Numbered from the whole stretch's first letter, positions 12,043-25,527 are shown. The stretch is DNA of 62,551 nt, filler included, from Aduncisulcus paluster (GCA_024181965.1; 6 parts of 6 records of this genome joined end to end with filler, not necessarily neighbours in it); one strand, 5' to 3'. Translations and numbers: made by a program. The notes: generated from the letters alone by a model not told the origin.

Positions 12043-12774
12043 TCAAAATCTCTTTTTATTCTTTTTCACCAATTTCATCGTTGTTCCCGCAGTCGATCTT
12101 GGATGAGATTTTGGCTCAGACAATGGTTCTGGCGGGGAAGAAGCATCGATTGGCTCCCCTAGATCAATTAATTCCTCTTTCTCGGATTTGTCAGACGTAA
12201 ACCATCCGACAATAGTCTTTAAAGTTCCTTTTGACGAAGTAGCCCTCTCTTCGGCTTGTTTGGCAATGATTGCAGCTTCGGCTTCTCTTCTCTGACGGGC
12301 TGCCTCACGTTCCTGCTTCTTGCGCTCTTCCTCGGCCTCTTTTTCTGCAACAGACTCCATTTCTAGCCGAATATCAATAGCTGATGTTGACAAGGGAAAC
12401 GGAGCAAGTCCAAAGGAAATAACTTCATCAAGAAGGAAGATAATATCAAAGGATTTGGCAAGAACTTTAGAGGGATAGTTTGTATTAACAATTGAAGGTA
12501 ATTTTTCACATATAGTTTGAAGGGTTAAAAGGGCTTGAACTCGATTAACAGATTTTTTTGTTAGAAGAACAACAATAGTATTCTGAACCACTCTATAAAC
12601 AAACAAGAAGTTTCTGTATTCGACAATACTATGCTTAATTGGATTGTCAAATTCTATAAGACGAGAGAACATATCAATAATTTTTGTATCAAAGGGGATA
12701 AAAGACCGTCCAAACAAAAACCTACCCCTATTATTTGTAATAAAAACCGCACAGAAAGAATGGTGATCAGACAT
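12043..12774 (-). CDS. Coatomer delta subunit, short form (longin domain plus helix, no mu-homology domain)
   Basis: Longin-like N-terminus (FVYR..., FDIIFLLDEVISFG) followed by IRLEMESVAEKE...KQEREA, which resembles the delta-COP helix (TEMDSHEEK...QEREA). Confidence 0.75.
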   Translation of the reverse strand: MSDHHSFCAVFITNNRGRFLFGRSFIPFDTKIIDMFSRLIEFDNPIKHSIVEYRNFLFVYRVVQNTIVVLLTKKSVNRVQALLTLQTICEKLPSIVNTNYPSKVLAKSFDIIFLLDEVISFGLAPFPLSTSAIDIRLEMESVAEKEAEEERKKQEREAARQRREAEAAIIAKQAEERATSSKGTLKTIVGWFTSDKSEKEELIDLGEPIDASSPPEPLSEPKSHPRSTAGTTMKLVKKNKKRF

Positions 12775-12984
12775 TTTAATCAGGGTGTCAAGAAATGGGA
12801 TCTGACAACAAGAAATGGAAGACCATCAGGAGTACGAATAAAATGATTAAAGGAATCGATTATTTTCAATATTTCATTCTGATAATACGTATTCTTTTTT
12901 TATTTTCTATCGGGTCATGTTGTGATGCGAGCAACATCACGAAAATATCAATAATCTTGGTTTGAGGGGTATGAATAGTATAGA

Positions 12985-13371
12985 ATGAACAACTATTTCT
13001 CTAAGCTGTTATGTCAGCAAGGAACAAAGGATGCTTTATCCAAATATGTTGCATATGATCAGATAAACTCTTTGATTGATTCCTGTCGGTATTTAATTGA
13101 TAATCCTAATTATAGCCTTCCATATTGTAACATAGCTGAAGAAGGATCTTATTATGGAGATCCAAGGCTGAGATATGCCGGATTTTCCACTCGAGTTGAG
13201 AATTCCACTGCTACACTATGTTCTGTTAAATTAGGTCCCGGAGTTCATCCTAATACAGGAAAGAGAATGTATGAAACATATTTATTTGGATCTGGTTCCG
13301 TTCAACAATTTGGATTCACCCAAGCTACTACTCATTTCTCTAAAAGTGAGGGCGTGGGGAATTATCCTGGT
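12985..13371 (+). CDS. SPRY-domain protein, RNF123/KPC1-like, 3'-truncated by scaffold end
   Basis: GKRMYETYLFGSGSVQQFGFTQATTHFSKSEGVG resembles the RNF123/RSPRY1-type SPRY motif GKWxYEVxxxxxGxxQIGWxxxxxxFxxxEGVGD. Confidence 0.65.
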
Positions 13372-13472
13372 NNNNNNNNNNNNNNNNNNNNNNNNNNNNN
13401 NNNNNNNNNNNNNNNTTAATTAATTAANNNNNNNNNNNNNNNNNNNNNNNNNNNNNNNNNNNNNNNNNNNNC

Positions 13473-14504
13473 ATGGGAGAAGGAGAAGGAGAAGAGCACG
13501 GATATGAAGGGCCTGGAATGGGATCACCTGAAGACATTATGCGTTATAGGGAGAGACAGGAAAGAGACAGGGCTGAGATGGAAGGGGAAAGGAGACACGA
13601 TCATCCGTTGACAGAAGAAGAAAAGGCAAGCAATTATGCTCATTTCTTGCGTCAAGGTCCAACGTCCACCTCGATAACTGGTGACTCCTCCTCCTCCTCC
13701 TCGTTGACTGCAGGCAAGATGAAAAGGACTGACTCTGAGATCCAAGAAGAGAAGTCTCTTCAACAAATGCTCCTTGTCAAGCCAGGCGAGGAACATTTGC
13801 ACAAGCACACTGTCAATCCCGATGATGTGGGACTCATGCTTGGCGATGAGGAGAATGAGGAGAATGCCACCGAGATGAAGATGCTCCTCGATGAATTGGG
13901 ACTCGAGGGGGTTGATCTCGAAGGATTCATGCAACATCACGGAGATGTGGATGAAGAGCATCATGATTACATCTCTGGACAACAGGGAGAAGAAGACGAG
14001 GCTGGTATCAGATCTGTATCTGCTCAAGAAGTGATCGATACCACAGTTCCTCATGATTCGCATGCATCTTCGGGTGTGACGATGGGCAGTGAGTATTATG
14101 GTACAAATCATTACTCTTCACTCGGATCTGATACTGTGTCTGATTTCTTAAAGAACAGGAGTGGATTTATCGATGATAATGACATCAGAACCACCGAAGA
14201 TATGTTGTTGTCACTTCAGGGTGAGTCAGGAGCTGCAAGAGAAAGGCAACAGGGGACATCAACCGGTCAACCGGGCCGGGGAACTGGAGCAGCCGGTCTC
14301 GATGATACTTTGAGAGCAGCTCTTGCCGAAGCTCCTCGTTCAATGGGAGGCTATAAATCTCGCCCCAAAGAGGGCAGTCGTGTGACATTTAGTACTCGTG
14401 TTGAAGAGCTTACTTTTGCAAGAGGAGAAGGAGAAGTCCAAGAAGCTCATCCAGATCCGACTTTACATCCTCATGAATTTGTTAGTGATAGCATTAGTGA
14501 ATAA
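13473..14504 (+). CDS. Acidic low-complexity protein, 3' part (5' cut by scaffold start)
   Basis: 343-aa open frame from the scaffold edge, with coding-like GC content and ending TAA TAA. Confidence 0.7.
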   Translation: MGEGEGEEHGYEGPGMGSPEDIMRYRERQERDRAEMEGERRHDHPLTEEEKASNYAHFLRQGPTSTSITGDSSSSSSLTAGKMKRTDSEIQEEKSLQQMLLVKPGEEHLHKHTVNPDDVGLMLGDEENEENATEMKMLLDELGLEGVDLEGFMQHHGDVDEEHHDYISGQQGEEDEAGIRSVSAQEVIDTTVPHDSHASSGVTMGSEYYGTNHYSSLGSDTVSDFLKNRSGFIDDNDIRTTEDMLLSLQGESGAARERQQGTSTGQPGRGTGAAGLDDTLRAALAEAPRSMGGYKSRPKEGSRVTFSTRVEELTFARGEGEVQEAHPDPTLHPHEFVSDSISE

Positions 14505-15128
14505 TAATTCGGATAAAAAATATCAATATTAATAATGCTATTACATCATATGTATTATATTATATATTTATACTTTTTGATTCCTGTCGATTTATTGTCT
14601 TTCCTTCGATATCTCGAGAATCTTGACGGATGGACAATAGTTCAGTGGTCTAAATCTATTTTATTGACAATATATCAACGGTTGTTAACAATTTTCAATT
14701 ATTTTTTTTTTTTTTTTTCATGATTTCTTAGCTACTGTTATGTTAGATCAGCTGTGATGAATGAAAAATTGTGAAAGTAAACTTTGTACTACGATGGCAT
14801 TTTTTACTCATTAAGTTCTTTTTTGGGGATAACATATCATTTATATCCCAATAAATCCCCCCAATGTATGAAATTATACACTATACACGTCATTCCGGCA
14901 TTCATTTTCCTATCTCTGGATGTCAACAATATTATCAAATATAGATGTTTTTTATTCCACAAATTTATACATTTATATCACCCTCATGACATGGACTTCC
15001 TTGGTTATATTGTCAATATGCGCTGAGAAATAACTTGAGGTAAAATCTCCATTTTCTTCTTGTTAAGAACAATAGCCATTTTTTTGAGAGGATATTTTTA
15101 TTTGTAAATTGCTGTGAAATATTATAAA

Positions 15129-18100
15129 ATGCCTCCAATTGAGTTAGAATTGGATAAAAAGACATCTAGTGTTTCAGAAGACTCTCCTGCCAGGGATGAG
15201 GAAAGAGAAGACACAAAATCTAAAGATTCAACATTTACAGATTCAATATCTTGTGTTTTACCCTTTCCAATTGAATTAGAATCAGATTCGACAAAATCTA
15301 GTGTTATGGACTCTACTGTCGAGAATGCCAGGAATGAGGGGAGAGAAGATGAAACGTCGAAAGAATCAGAAGAATCGGGATCTATAAGTTCAGGTTCTAG
15401 AAGCTCACCCACTGTATGTTACAATTTCTTTTTTTCCGGTTCTTATATCTAACTCTAAAATGACTATTTATGCCAACTTTGTTTGTTTGTAGATTGATAC
15501 TGATTCTATTGAAGTTCAACCAATTTCTCGAGAACTCCCTTCTTATACGATTCCTATCCCTCGAAATTCAACCCTTATTTTTGCTGAATTCCAGACTATA
15601 ATTTTAGAACATGCCAATCCTGCGAAACGTCATTTTCCAAAACCATCCTCCACGAAATGTGCTTATATTTTGTTTGGGAAAGGGATGCTTTCAAACCAGC
15701 TTATCTTCAAATTCACTTCTTCAAGAAAATTAACAACCAAGAAATATAAATTCCCTGAATTTGAGGAACCACAATGGTTTTATCTTCCAATTGATCTCCC
15801 CAATATTACTAGATTTGAGATAATTGTCGAAGATCCCAAAAAAAAGAAATTCAAAATCAAATTTCTCGCTTTCGTTCGAGAAGAAATTCCTCAAGAATCA
15901 GATACTCGAATTTCCAGAGATACACCTCTTGAGAAATTCTGGTCTAAAGCTACATCTGTGGCACCTAAGTTTGTGAATGGAGGAAGAAATAGATTTTCTA
16001 TTCCTATTCCCCGTGATGATCCAACAATCATTGATCCTGCATATGAAATAGTGAATGGAAGTGATTATTCATATAGTAAGGAATTTCATGAATATGATAA
16101 GAGTTCAAGAGCGCAAGAAATGTTAAAGGGGGAAGCAAAAGTTACCTTATCCCATCTTTCAATCCCTTTTCCATCGCCGAGTCCAGTGAAAGGTGCTTAT
16201 ATCTGTGTAGAAAAGGATGATAGTTCACCATCTCTTCTCTTCACTTTCACTCTTTCTAATGGTAAGAAGATAGCCAAGAAGTATGAATTTTCAGAACCTA
16301 AACATTGGGGTGAATGGCACTTCCTTCCTATTGATTTGGATAATGTTATATTGTGTGAGATTGATGGAAAAGGAACTTGGAAAGAGAAGAGTAGTCGGGT
16401 CTTTAACATAGAATCTCTCGTTTTCATCAGAGAAGAAACCTACGAGGAACGTACTGCTCGTGAAGTGCATGAACGTTGCTGGACAGAAGCTGTATGTTTT
16501 TACTTATTTGTTTGTTCTATTTAAGTGAAAACTTTAATTTATTTACCAATCTTATCATTCTTGTGATTTTTTTTTATTTATTTCAATGATCATTATGTAT
16601 AAAATTTAAGCCAATTTCAAAGCCAGAATTCATGAACCCGGGAAATGCCAGTTTTATTCCTATTCCTCGTGACGATCCAGATATTATTAATCCTTCATTT
16701 GAATTGGTGAAGGCAAAAGATGATTCAAGAAGTAAGGAATCTGATGAATATGATATGAGTTCCGAAGCACAAAGGATGTTAAAAGGAGAAAGAAAGGATT
16801 ATGTTTTCTTAACCCATCTTTCCATACCTTTCCCATCACCAAGTCCTATAAAAGGTGCTTATATCTGTTTTAAACAGGAAGGAGGTTCACCATATCTTCT
16901 CTTCACTTTCACTCTCTCTGATGGTGAGAAGACATCCAAGAAGTATGAATTCACAGAACCTAAACATGACTATGAATGGTTCTTTCTTTCTATTGATTTA
17001 GATAATGTTATATTGTGTGAAATTGAAGGGAAAGGAACATGGAAAATGAAATTTAGTCGAGATTTTTTTATCAATTCTCTTGTGTTCCTCAAAAGACACA
17101 TTAACACGAAAGAAGTTACTTTTGTTCATGAAGGGGATTATAATGTCATTCCGATCCCAAGAGACGCCCCAAATATTATTGATCCTGAATTTGGAGGGAT
17201 TGAGGCAAGGAATGGCACTGGTGATAAGGTGAATAGGAGTGAATCTGCCAAAAGAATGATTAAAGGGGAGGGTTCAGGAGATTTTTTCACTCATATTTCT
17301 ATCCCTTTCAAACCTCGTTCCACCCCCATTAAAGGTGCTTACATATGTTTGCCAAGTTCTAGTCGTCGTTTATTTAGTCATGCATTTCCAGTACATCTCA
17401 TCTTCACTTTCACTTCTTCTACAGGGAAGATACGATCCATTAAGTATGAATTTCCTTCCTTTGCAATGGAAAGATGGTATTTCCTTCCAGTTGATCTTTC
17501 CGATGTTATTCTGTCTGAGATTGAAGGGGAATCTAAACAGGAAGGAAATGAAAGATTTGAATTTTATCTTAAATCTCTTGCTTTTGTTCGAGAAGAAACA
17601 GTTGAAGAAGAGCATACCCGAAAATCGACTGAAGTTCTAATATCAAAAATGTGGACTGAAGCTGTATGTTTGATATTTCTTTGTTTTTATCTTTGTTCTT
17701 TATTTCTTTATGTTTATTGATAACAATATATTTATCCAAATTATTTCCATTTATTTAGTCAACTATAATACCTGAGTTTATTGCAGAAGGATATAGATCT
17801 TCTCCTCCAATTCCTAGAGATGATCGACTTGTTATCAATCCTTCATTTGAATTGGTAAAGGGAAAGGATGATTCAAGAAGTAAGGAATCAAAGGAATATG
17901 ATATGAGTTCCGATGCACAGGAAATGTTAAAGGGGGAAGATGATGGTGTCATCTTATCCCATATTTCCATACCTTTTCCATCTCCAAGTCCTATGAAAGG
18001 TGCTTATATCTGTGTGGATAAATATGCTTGTTCACCATCTCTTCTCTTCACTTTCACTCTTTCTCATGGTAAAAAGATTTCCAAGAAGTATGAATTCACA

Positions 18101-20168
18101 AGGTCAAGATATGTACATGAATGGTACTTCCTTCCTATTGATTTGCCAAATGTTGTATTGTGTGAGATTCAAGGGAAAGGAAGATGGAAAGATGAGAATA
18201 GTCATTATTTTCAAATTGACTCCCTTATTTTCATTACAGGTGATGATATTCCTCCTCTTCCTTCCGATTCTTCCAAACTTATCAAACATGACTCCTTCAC
18301 TCTCACTTCCTCTGCAACCATTTCTCCTCAGTGCATCATTGGTCATGGTGGATTTGGTGAAGTTCTTCTTGTTGAAGTTGAAGGTATTCCCATTCCTTGT
18401 GTTCTGAAGAAGATGCTTCGGAAAGCTGATGAAAAAGTTGTCAAAACATGTCGCAAGGAATTTAAGGTGCAAAGAAAGTTATTTAATAACCCCAAATGTT
18501 TCAATCGTATCCCTCGTCCTTTGTATATTCTTGATCTTCTTGTTGCAGATTTGAAGGGTGAATATGGATTCCTTATGGAGTTTTGTATTGGAGGCAGTGT
18601 GAGTTCCTTTGCCAAGAAATGGTGTGTTGTTGAGAAGTCTGAAGCCCAAGAAGATGGAAAAGAAGCTGCTGAATATTCTTCAGGAGGAAGCGAAACTGAT
18701 AATTCCACCTATTATGACCCCATGACATTGAACCCTGTGAAAGTGAGTGTCTTATGTGTTGGAATGATTGAATGTCTTGATGATGTGTTCACTGCCAAAC
18801 CAAAACTTACTCATCGAGATATTAAACCTGACAACTTCCTTATTCGTGTTGANNNNNNNNNNNNNNNNNNNNGGTGAATATGGATTCCTTATGGAGTTTT
18901 GTATTGGAGGCAGTGTGAGTTCCTTTGCCAAGAAATGGTGTGTTGTTGAGAAGTCTGAAGCCCAAGAAGATGGAAAAGAAGCTGCTGAATATTCTTCAGG
19001 AGGAAGCGAAACTGATAATTCCACCTATTATGACCCCATGACATTGAACCCTGTGAAAGTGAGTGTCTTATGTGTTGGAATGATTGAATGTCTTGATGAT
19101 GTGTTCACTGCCAAACCAAAACTTACTCATCGAGATATTAAACCTGACAACTTCCTTATTCGTGTTGATCCCAAACATAGAGAATGTACTGTTGTTCTCT
19201 CTGATCTTGGATTGGTCCAGATCTTAGATTCCATATCATCTTCAACAACTACCAAATCAGGTTTGATTCAGCCTATTCATCTCGATACGAAAAAGGAAAC
19301 TCAAAATCAAACCCCATGCAAATGTGGAACTCTTGTGTACAACTCTTATGAAACCCTTTTAGCTGGCACTCAAACTCAGAAGAGTGATGGATATTCTCTT
19401 GGAATGTCTATTCTCGCTTTATTCTTTTGTGAACATCCTTTTGTTTCATTGCCCATATACAGAGAAGTTGTTAGAAAACACTTGGGAGATGATTTAAGGA
19501 TTAAATTGGAGACTATGGGAGTATTAATGGGTCTGATGGAAAATAATATGTGTCCAAAACTTAGTCAATCTCCCTTGTTTAGATCTTTATTAACCCTTGA
19601 AGGAGGTAAATTCCAACCTGTTCATACATGTTTGAATGAAGTTTTCACAGGACTCACCCAACTCGATGTTGACAAACGTATGAGTGTACATGAAGCTCGT
19701 GAGAAAGTGCAAAGCATCAAGCATTTATTGCCAGAGATTGGAGAAGGGTTTGAATGTCCATCTGTTGATGATATTATCAAGGAACAAAAACAGAAACATT
19801 TTGGTTCTGGAACTATTATTGGTGGTCCAATGAGTCATTCAGAAGTACAAGAATCTACAATTAAATCACATGATATTATTGATGGTAGAGTTTATGATGA
19901 GAGTGAAAAAGAAAGTGAAGAAAAAAGTGGAAGAGATATGGGACATGAAACTCAATCAGTATCTTCAGAACTTCAAACCACATTGGATCAGAGCACTGAA
20001 AAGGATAACAGAGATATGCTTTCTTATATGTTACATAAAGATGATGAAGGAGAAACGAAAGGTTCACATTCCATAATTAATCATTCAGAAGTACAAGAAA
20101 CCATAATTAATGATAGAGATCATGATAAGGATGGAGAAAATGAAAGGGATAAGGATCAGGAAACTTGA
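15129..20168 (+). CDS. Four-exon gene: five repeat-domain units fused to a Ser/Thr protein kinase
   Basis: Exons are 15129-15413, 15493-16491, 16611-17663 and 17759-20168, with three phase-0 GTATGT..AG introns whose frames were checked. The gap duplication 18557-18852/18873-19168 must be collapsed. Kinase motifs: GHGGFGEV, VLKK, HRDIKPDN, DLG, GTLVYNSYE, DGYSLG. Confidence 0.85.
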
Positions 20169-20294
20169 ACCATTCCGTCAAACTTCGAGATGAGAAATAA
20201 TCCACTTGAGCAATTTAAAAAATACTGCTCTGAATCTTTGTCATTGTTAGATATAATGGCTTACAAGATTTTTTTTTTTTTAGAATTGATTTAC

Positions 20295-22930
20295 TCACAA
20301 TTCAAGAAATTCCCTCACTTTTTCAATCATTTGATCTCTTGGAACCTCAATTTCCTCACGAGAAGCGAAATGCTTAATCTTGACGACGTTTTTCTCAACT
20401 TCACTTTCACCGATTGTGACCATAAGCACAGCCTCACATTCAAGAGCGGCGTCAATTTGTTTCTTGATGGAAGGTCTTGCTGAATAAACAAACTCTGTTG
20501 GAATCTCATTTTTCCAAAGTTCTCCAACAATGGCCAGACGTTCTTCAAGGAATCCACCAATACTGCTTACAAACACATCAGTGGCCTTTTCACGAACACC
20601 GCCTAAAACACCACCTAGCTTACGTGTGGCTGCAGCAATGGCCGCGGCATCACCACCGGTCTCCTGACGCACCTTATCACGTGCCTTGGCTAATTTTGTC
20701 TCGAGAATGCTGAATACTCTTTCGATTCCAATAGAAGCACCAACAGAAGGAATATCTTTCCCACTGAACATTCCAACAAGGTGATCATATCTTCCTCCAC
20801 CTGCAATACTTCCAACACCGACATCCTTGTCGAGACACACGGCTTCGATAACAACTCCAGTGTAATAATCAAGTCCACGAGCAAGGGTGAGATCGAATGT
20901 CACATCACACAGAGTGCCAAGTCCCTTGAGGTATCCGAATAACAATTCCATATCGTTCAGAGCCTTCTGAGCTCCTTCATGACCATCGAACCTTCCATCT
21001 TCACGAACTTCCTTGAGAACGTCCATGGGGGATCCTGAGGTGTGGATGAGTTTGCCAATAATGTCGGCAGCTTCAGCGGGAATGTTCCTTTGGTGAATCA
21101 TTTCCTCTCTTACATCTTCCCAAGTCTCCTTATCAAGCTTGTCAATAGCGGCACACACTGTCTTGAACTTCAATTCACAGTCTTCCTCAGAGTCCTTTGT
21201 AACATCACGGGCACCACTAATGTCAACAATGGCATCAAGAAGACCACGGTGGTTGACGCGGACAGTGAACTTTCCGACGTCAATTGCCTTAAGAATCTCA
21301 GCAACGACAGAGACAACCTCTGCATCGGGCAACATGGGATCATACACACCAGAGATATCCAAATCACACTGATAAAACTCCCTGAAACGTCCTTTGGTCA
21401 TCTGTGGCTTGTCACGACGGTATACCTTAGCAATGTGGTATCTTTTAAGATTGGTAATACCGTGTTGAGCAAGGAATCGGGCGAAAGGAACAGTAAGATC
21501 GTAACGAAGGGATAGTGGTTCTTCTCCGTAGTCAATAAGGTCGTAGATAAGCTTCTGATCTTCTCCATACTTGCTCATAAGAGTGTCACGAAGCTCAAAC
21601 ACGGGGGTATCAATGGCCTGCGCACCGTGCTTCTTGAATATGCTTGTGATGAGACTCAGAGCCTTCTCACGAACACAAGTCTGAGCTGGGAGGTAGTCTC
21701 GAGTTCCACGGGCACATTTGGGCTTACGACGGATGGCTGTCTGCTGAAGAGTCGTTTCAATCCACTTGGAATAGGGCTTAGCAGAGGGGAAGAATAGGTC
21801 AGATACACTGTTTCCTTCTTCAAAAAGCTTTGAAAGATAGGAAAAGAGAAGGTCATTCCCACGCCCGAGGTGAAGAGGACGAATCTTACTCACATCAAGA
21901 CCAGCAAGTTGCCTGGCAGCAATTTCTTCCTTAATCTTTCCGGAAGCAACAAGAGCTTCGATTTTAACACGTTTATCAGCGATTTTCTTGATCATTTTTT
22001 CTTTGACACTGTCGGCTTGGGATTTCAGACGGGCAAATATCTCAGAAAGTTCAAAGATAAGAGTTTTTTTACAAGATTCAATTGAAGAATAAATTAAAGA
22101 AGTTAAATCTCCGCCTAAAATGGACATATCTTCTTTCTTTTCCTCTTCAGGGAAAACAGCACCTTCAATAAGAGAAATACGTTGTTTTGAATCTTCTTCA
22201 ACAGCTTTTAAAGCAGAAATGGCCATAATAAGCTGACTTTTCCCAAAACTGGAGAATTTCTCTTGAACACCAAACTTGTCAGCTTCTTGAGCCTTCTCAG
22301 ATCTAGCACATTTACGAAGCATTTCTGCTGCAAGAGATAATTCAGCAGGAGAATCATAGGCAAGGATAAAACCTTTGGCATCGATTTTGGTAAATTTCTT
22401 AGCGGGACAGATCTTGGAATCATCAACAAAAGAAAAAATAGCATTTGCTGNNNNNNNNNNNNNNNNNNNNCACCTTCAATAAGAGAAATACGTTGTTTTG
22501 AATCTTCTTCAACAGCTTTTAAAGCAGAAATGGCCATAATAAGCTGACTTTTCCCAAAACTGGAGAATTTCTCTTGAACACCAAACTTGTCAGCTTCTTG
22601 AGCCTTCTCAGATCTAGCACATTTACGAAGCATTTCTGCTGCAAGAGATAATTCAGCAGGAGAATCATAGGCAAGGATAAAACCTTTGGCATCGATTTTG
22701 GTAAATTTCTTAGCGGGACAGATCTTGGAATCATCAACAAAAGAAAAAATAGCATTTGCTGAATCTTTGTATGGTTTTTCTTGTCTTTGGGAGTTAACAT
22801 AGAGAGAACCCCACTGTGCCACTCCTGATTTTAATAATTCGGCAAGTAAGGCAGCATTGATGGGAGCAACGAGAGCAATTGAAGTTGTTTCCCGAGCTGC
22901 GAGGGAAAAAATCGTATCTTCACCTTCCAT
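20295..22930 (-). CDS. HARS: Histidyl-tRNA synthetase with long N-terminal extension
   Basis: Motifs RGTRDY, LRYDLTVPFAR, GRFREFYQCD, LARGLDYYTG and GGGRYD, plus an anticodon-binding domain. About 774 aa after collapsing the 311-nt gap duplication around 22451-22470. Confidence 0.95.
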
Positions 22931-23544
22931 TTACAACAGGTCCAAGGAAAACTCGACAGATGAGTGGATTGTTTTTTCAAACTTGAATAGACAGCAATAA
23001 AATTGCAGAAGAAAATAGATTTCAGATCAATTTGATAATATTTTATGATTTAATTTAAATGTTTACTTTCATTTTTTATTTGAACTTTTTGTTGATCATC
23101 AAGCGGATTTGTCTTCTTGGGTGAACAACGAGAGCAATGATGATCAAATAAATGATTATTATGCTTTTTGTTGAAGAAATAGATGATTATGAATGTGTGT
23201 CATATCTTATTCCACTTCTTTAGTCTCTTGAGGATTGTACATGCTGTATTTTCAAATAAAAAGTTTATTCTGTATGTCATTTGCTCTTTATATTGTGTAA
23301 TAAGCTCGTTTTTGATAAAATATTGGTTTATAATAACGATTATGAGAGTTTCCCATTGACTCTTTCTGTTGAGGCTGCTACAAGCGAATTATTGGATAAT
23401 TAAGAAACATTTTAATAATACGATCCCTTTTCTATTTTTTATTCCGCGTTCTTGTCTGTATAAAAAATCATCAAAATCATATTTTGAAAGATCAATTCGA
23501 TTGTCGATTTATCTCATGGTCAAATTGTATTTGTTTTGTTAACA

Positions 23545-25527
23545 ATGGCTGACTTAAAAGCCCGAGCTATTGCTCTTTATAAAGAAAAAAAGTACGACGA
23601 GTCTATTGAAGTATTCAATGAGGCTATAGCCCTCGCCCCCGAAGATTCAAAGCTGTATGCGAATAGATGTGCCGTTTTCACTGCTGCTGCCCGTTTTGAT
23701 GAAGCTGTAAGCGATGCTGATAAAGTTATTGAATTGGAACCAGATTGGGTTCGTGGATATTCCCGTAAAGGAAATGCTTTGTTACGAAGTGGAAAGCTCG
23801 AGGAAGCCTCTGCTCTTTATGAAGAAGCAAGCGCAAAGTTCCCTGAAGACTCATCTATTATTGATGGAAAGAAAATCCTTGAGGCCAAAATGCAAGAATC
23901 TACCAATGCTCTCATGAGACAAATGCAAGAAATGTTCTCCAACCTTGAAACTCGTGCCCGTGCTCACCCCAATCTTTCCAAATACTGTTCTGATCCCGAA
24001 TACATCAAAATTCTTAGGGAAGCTGAAGGAAACCCCCAGGCTCTTATCGGCAAGATGCAAGACCCCAGGATCTCTGAGACTCTTACAACTTTGATGGGTC
24101 TCCCTACTGGTATGGGAGGAATGCCACCCCCTTCATCCAACCCTTACTCTCCAATGAGCACTCCATCAATGAGTTCACCCTCATCCGCTGCTCCTTCCCA
24201 CCACTCTGTCCACAAGGAAGAAGAGGTAAAGAAGGAAGAGGAGGAAGAGGAAGAGGAAGAGGAAGAACTTGATGCCGAGCAACTTGAAGCCAAGAAACTT
24301 AAGGAAGAGGGAACTGCTCTGTTCAAGGGAAAGAAGTACGCTGAAGCCATTGAGAAATACGAATCCACTCTTAAACTTACTCCTAAGGACCCTTCATTAT
24401 ATGGAAACATTGCCAGTTCCTACATGAAGCTCTCAAAGTTCGATGAAGCCCTCGTTGCCATCAACAAGTCCATTGAAGTCTGCAAAGAAGTGTTCCCTGG
24501 GTTTGAGTTCACTGCCAAAATGTTCACAAGGAAGGGTGCCATCTGTGAAAAATTGGGCGACCTTCCATGTGCTATTGAAGCCTATAAGAATGCCATGAGT
24601 GAAAGTAAGAACAAGAAAACACTCAAACTCTTGAGAGATTGTGAGAAAAAACACAAAGAGGCTAAAAGACTTGCTTATCTTTCACCCGAGAAGGCTGCTG
24701 AGGCCAAGGCCAAGGGAATTGAAGCCTACAAGAAGAGCATTATATGGAAACATTGCCAGTTCCTACATGAAGCTCTCAAAGTTCGATGAAGCCCTCGTTG
24801 CCATCAACAAGTCCATTGAAGTCTGCAAAGAAGTGTTCCCTGGGTTTGAGTTCACTGCCAAAATGTTCACAAGGAAGGGTGCCATCTGTGAAAAATTGGG
24901 CGACCTTCCATGTGCTATTGTGAGAAAAAACACAAAGAGGCTAAAAGACTTGCTTATCTTTCACCCGAGAAGGCTGCTGAGGCCAAGGCCAAGGGAATTG
25001 AAGCCTACAAGAAGAGCAACTTTGCGGATGCCGTGAAGTTTTTCACTGAAGCCATTGAGCGTCATCCCGAGGATCCTTCCTTCTATTTGAACCGTGCCAT
25101 GACCTTTATTAAGCTTGGAGAGTTCCATTATGTTGAGCGTGATTGTGACGATGCCTTGAAGCTTGACCCCACTCTTTGGAAGGCCTATGCAAGGAAAGGA
25201 AAGGCTCAGCTTGTCATGAAGAAGTATTGGAAATGTTTGGACACTTTTGCTGACGGATTGAAGATTGCTCCAGGGAACAAGGAGTTAATTGAAGGTCAGA
25301 TGGAGACATACACTGCTATTCAGGGTATGCAAACATCTGGTGACCGTGAAGAGATCGCCAAGCGTGCCATGGAAGACCCTGAAATCAGAAATATTATTCA
25401 AGATCCTGCCATGCAACATATTTTGGAGAGTATGCGTACGGACCCATCTGCTGCTCAGAAATTCATGTCCGACCCAATGGTAGCTGCTAAATTAAACAAA
25501 CTAATTGCTGCTGGTATCGTAGGATAA
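23545..25527 (+). CDS. STI1: STI1/HOP Hsp70-Hsp90 organising protein (TPR1-DP1-TPR2A-TPR2B-DP2)
   Basis: TPR and DP motifs (DPEIRNIIQDPAMQHILESM...KLIAAGIV). Removing a 279-nt duplicated insert (about 24739-25017) gives a single frame. Confidence 0.9.

Noticed and set aside
24739..25017. Internal rearranged duplication in STI1
   Set aside because: Exact copies of nearby segments, and another STI1 fragment is misplaced at a gap edge, so it is most likely local mis-assembly.
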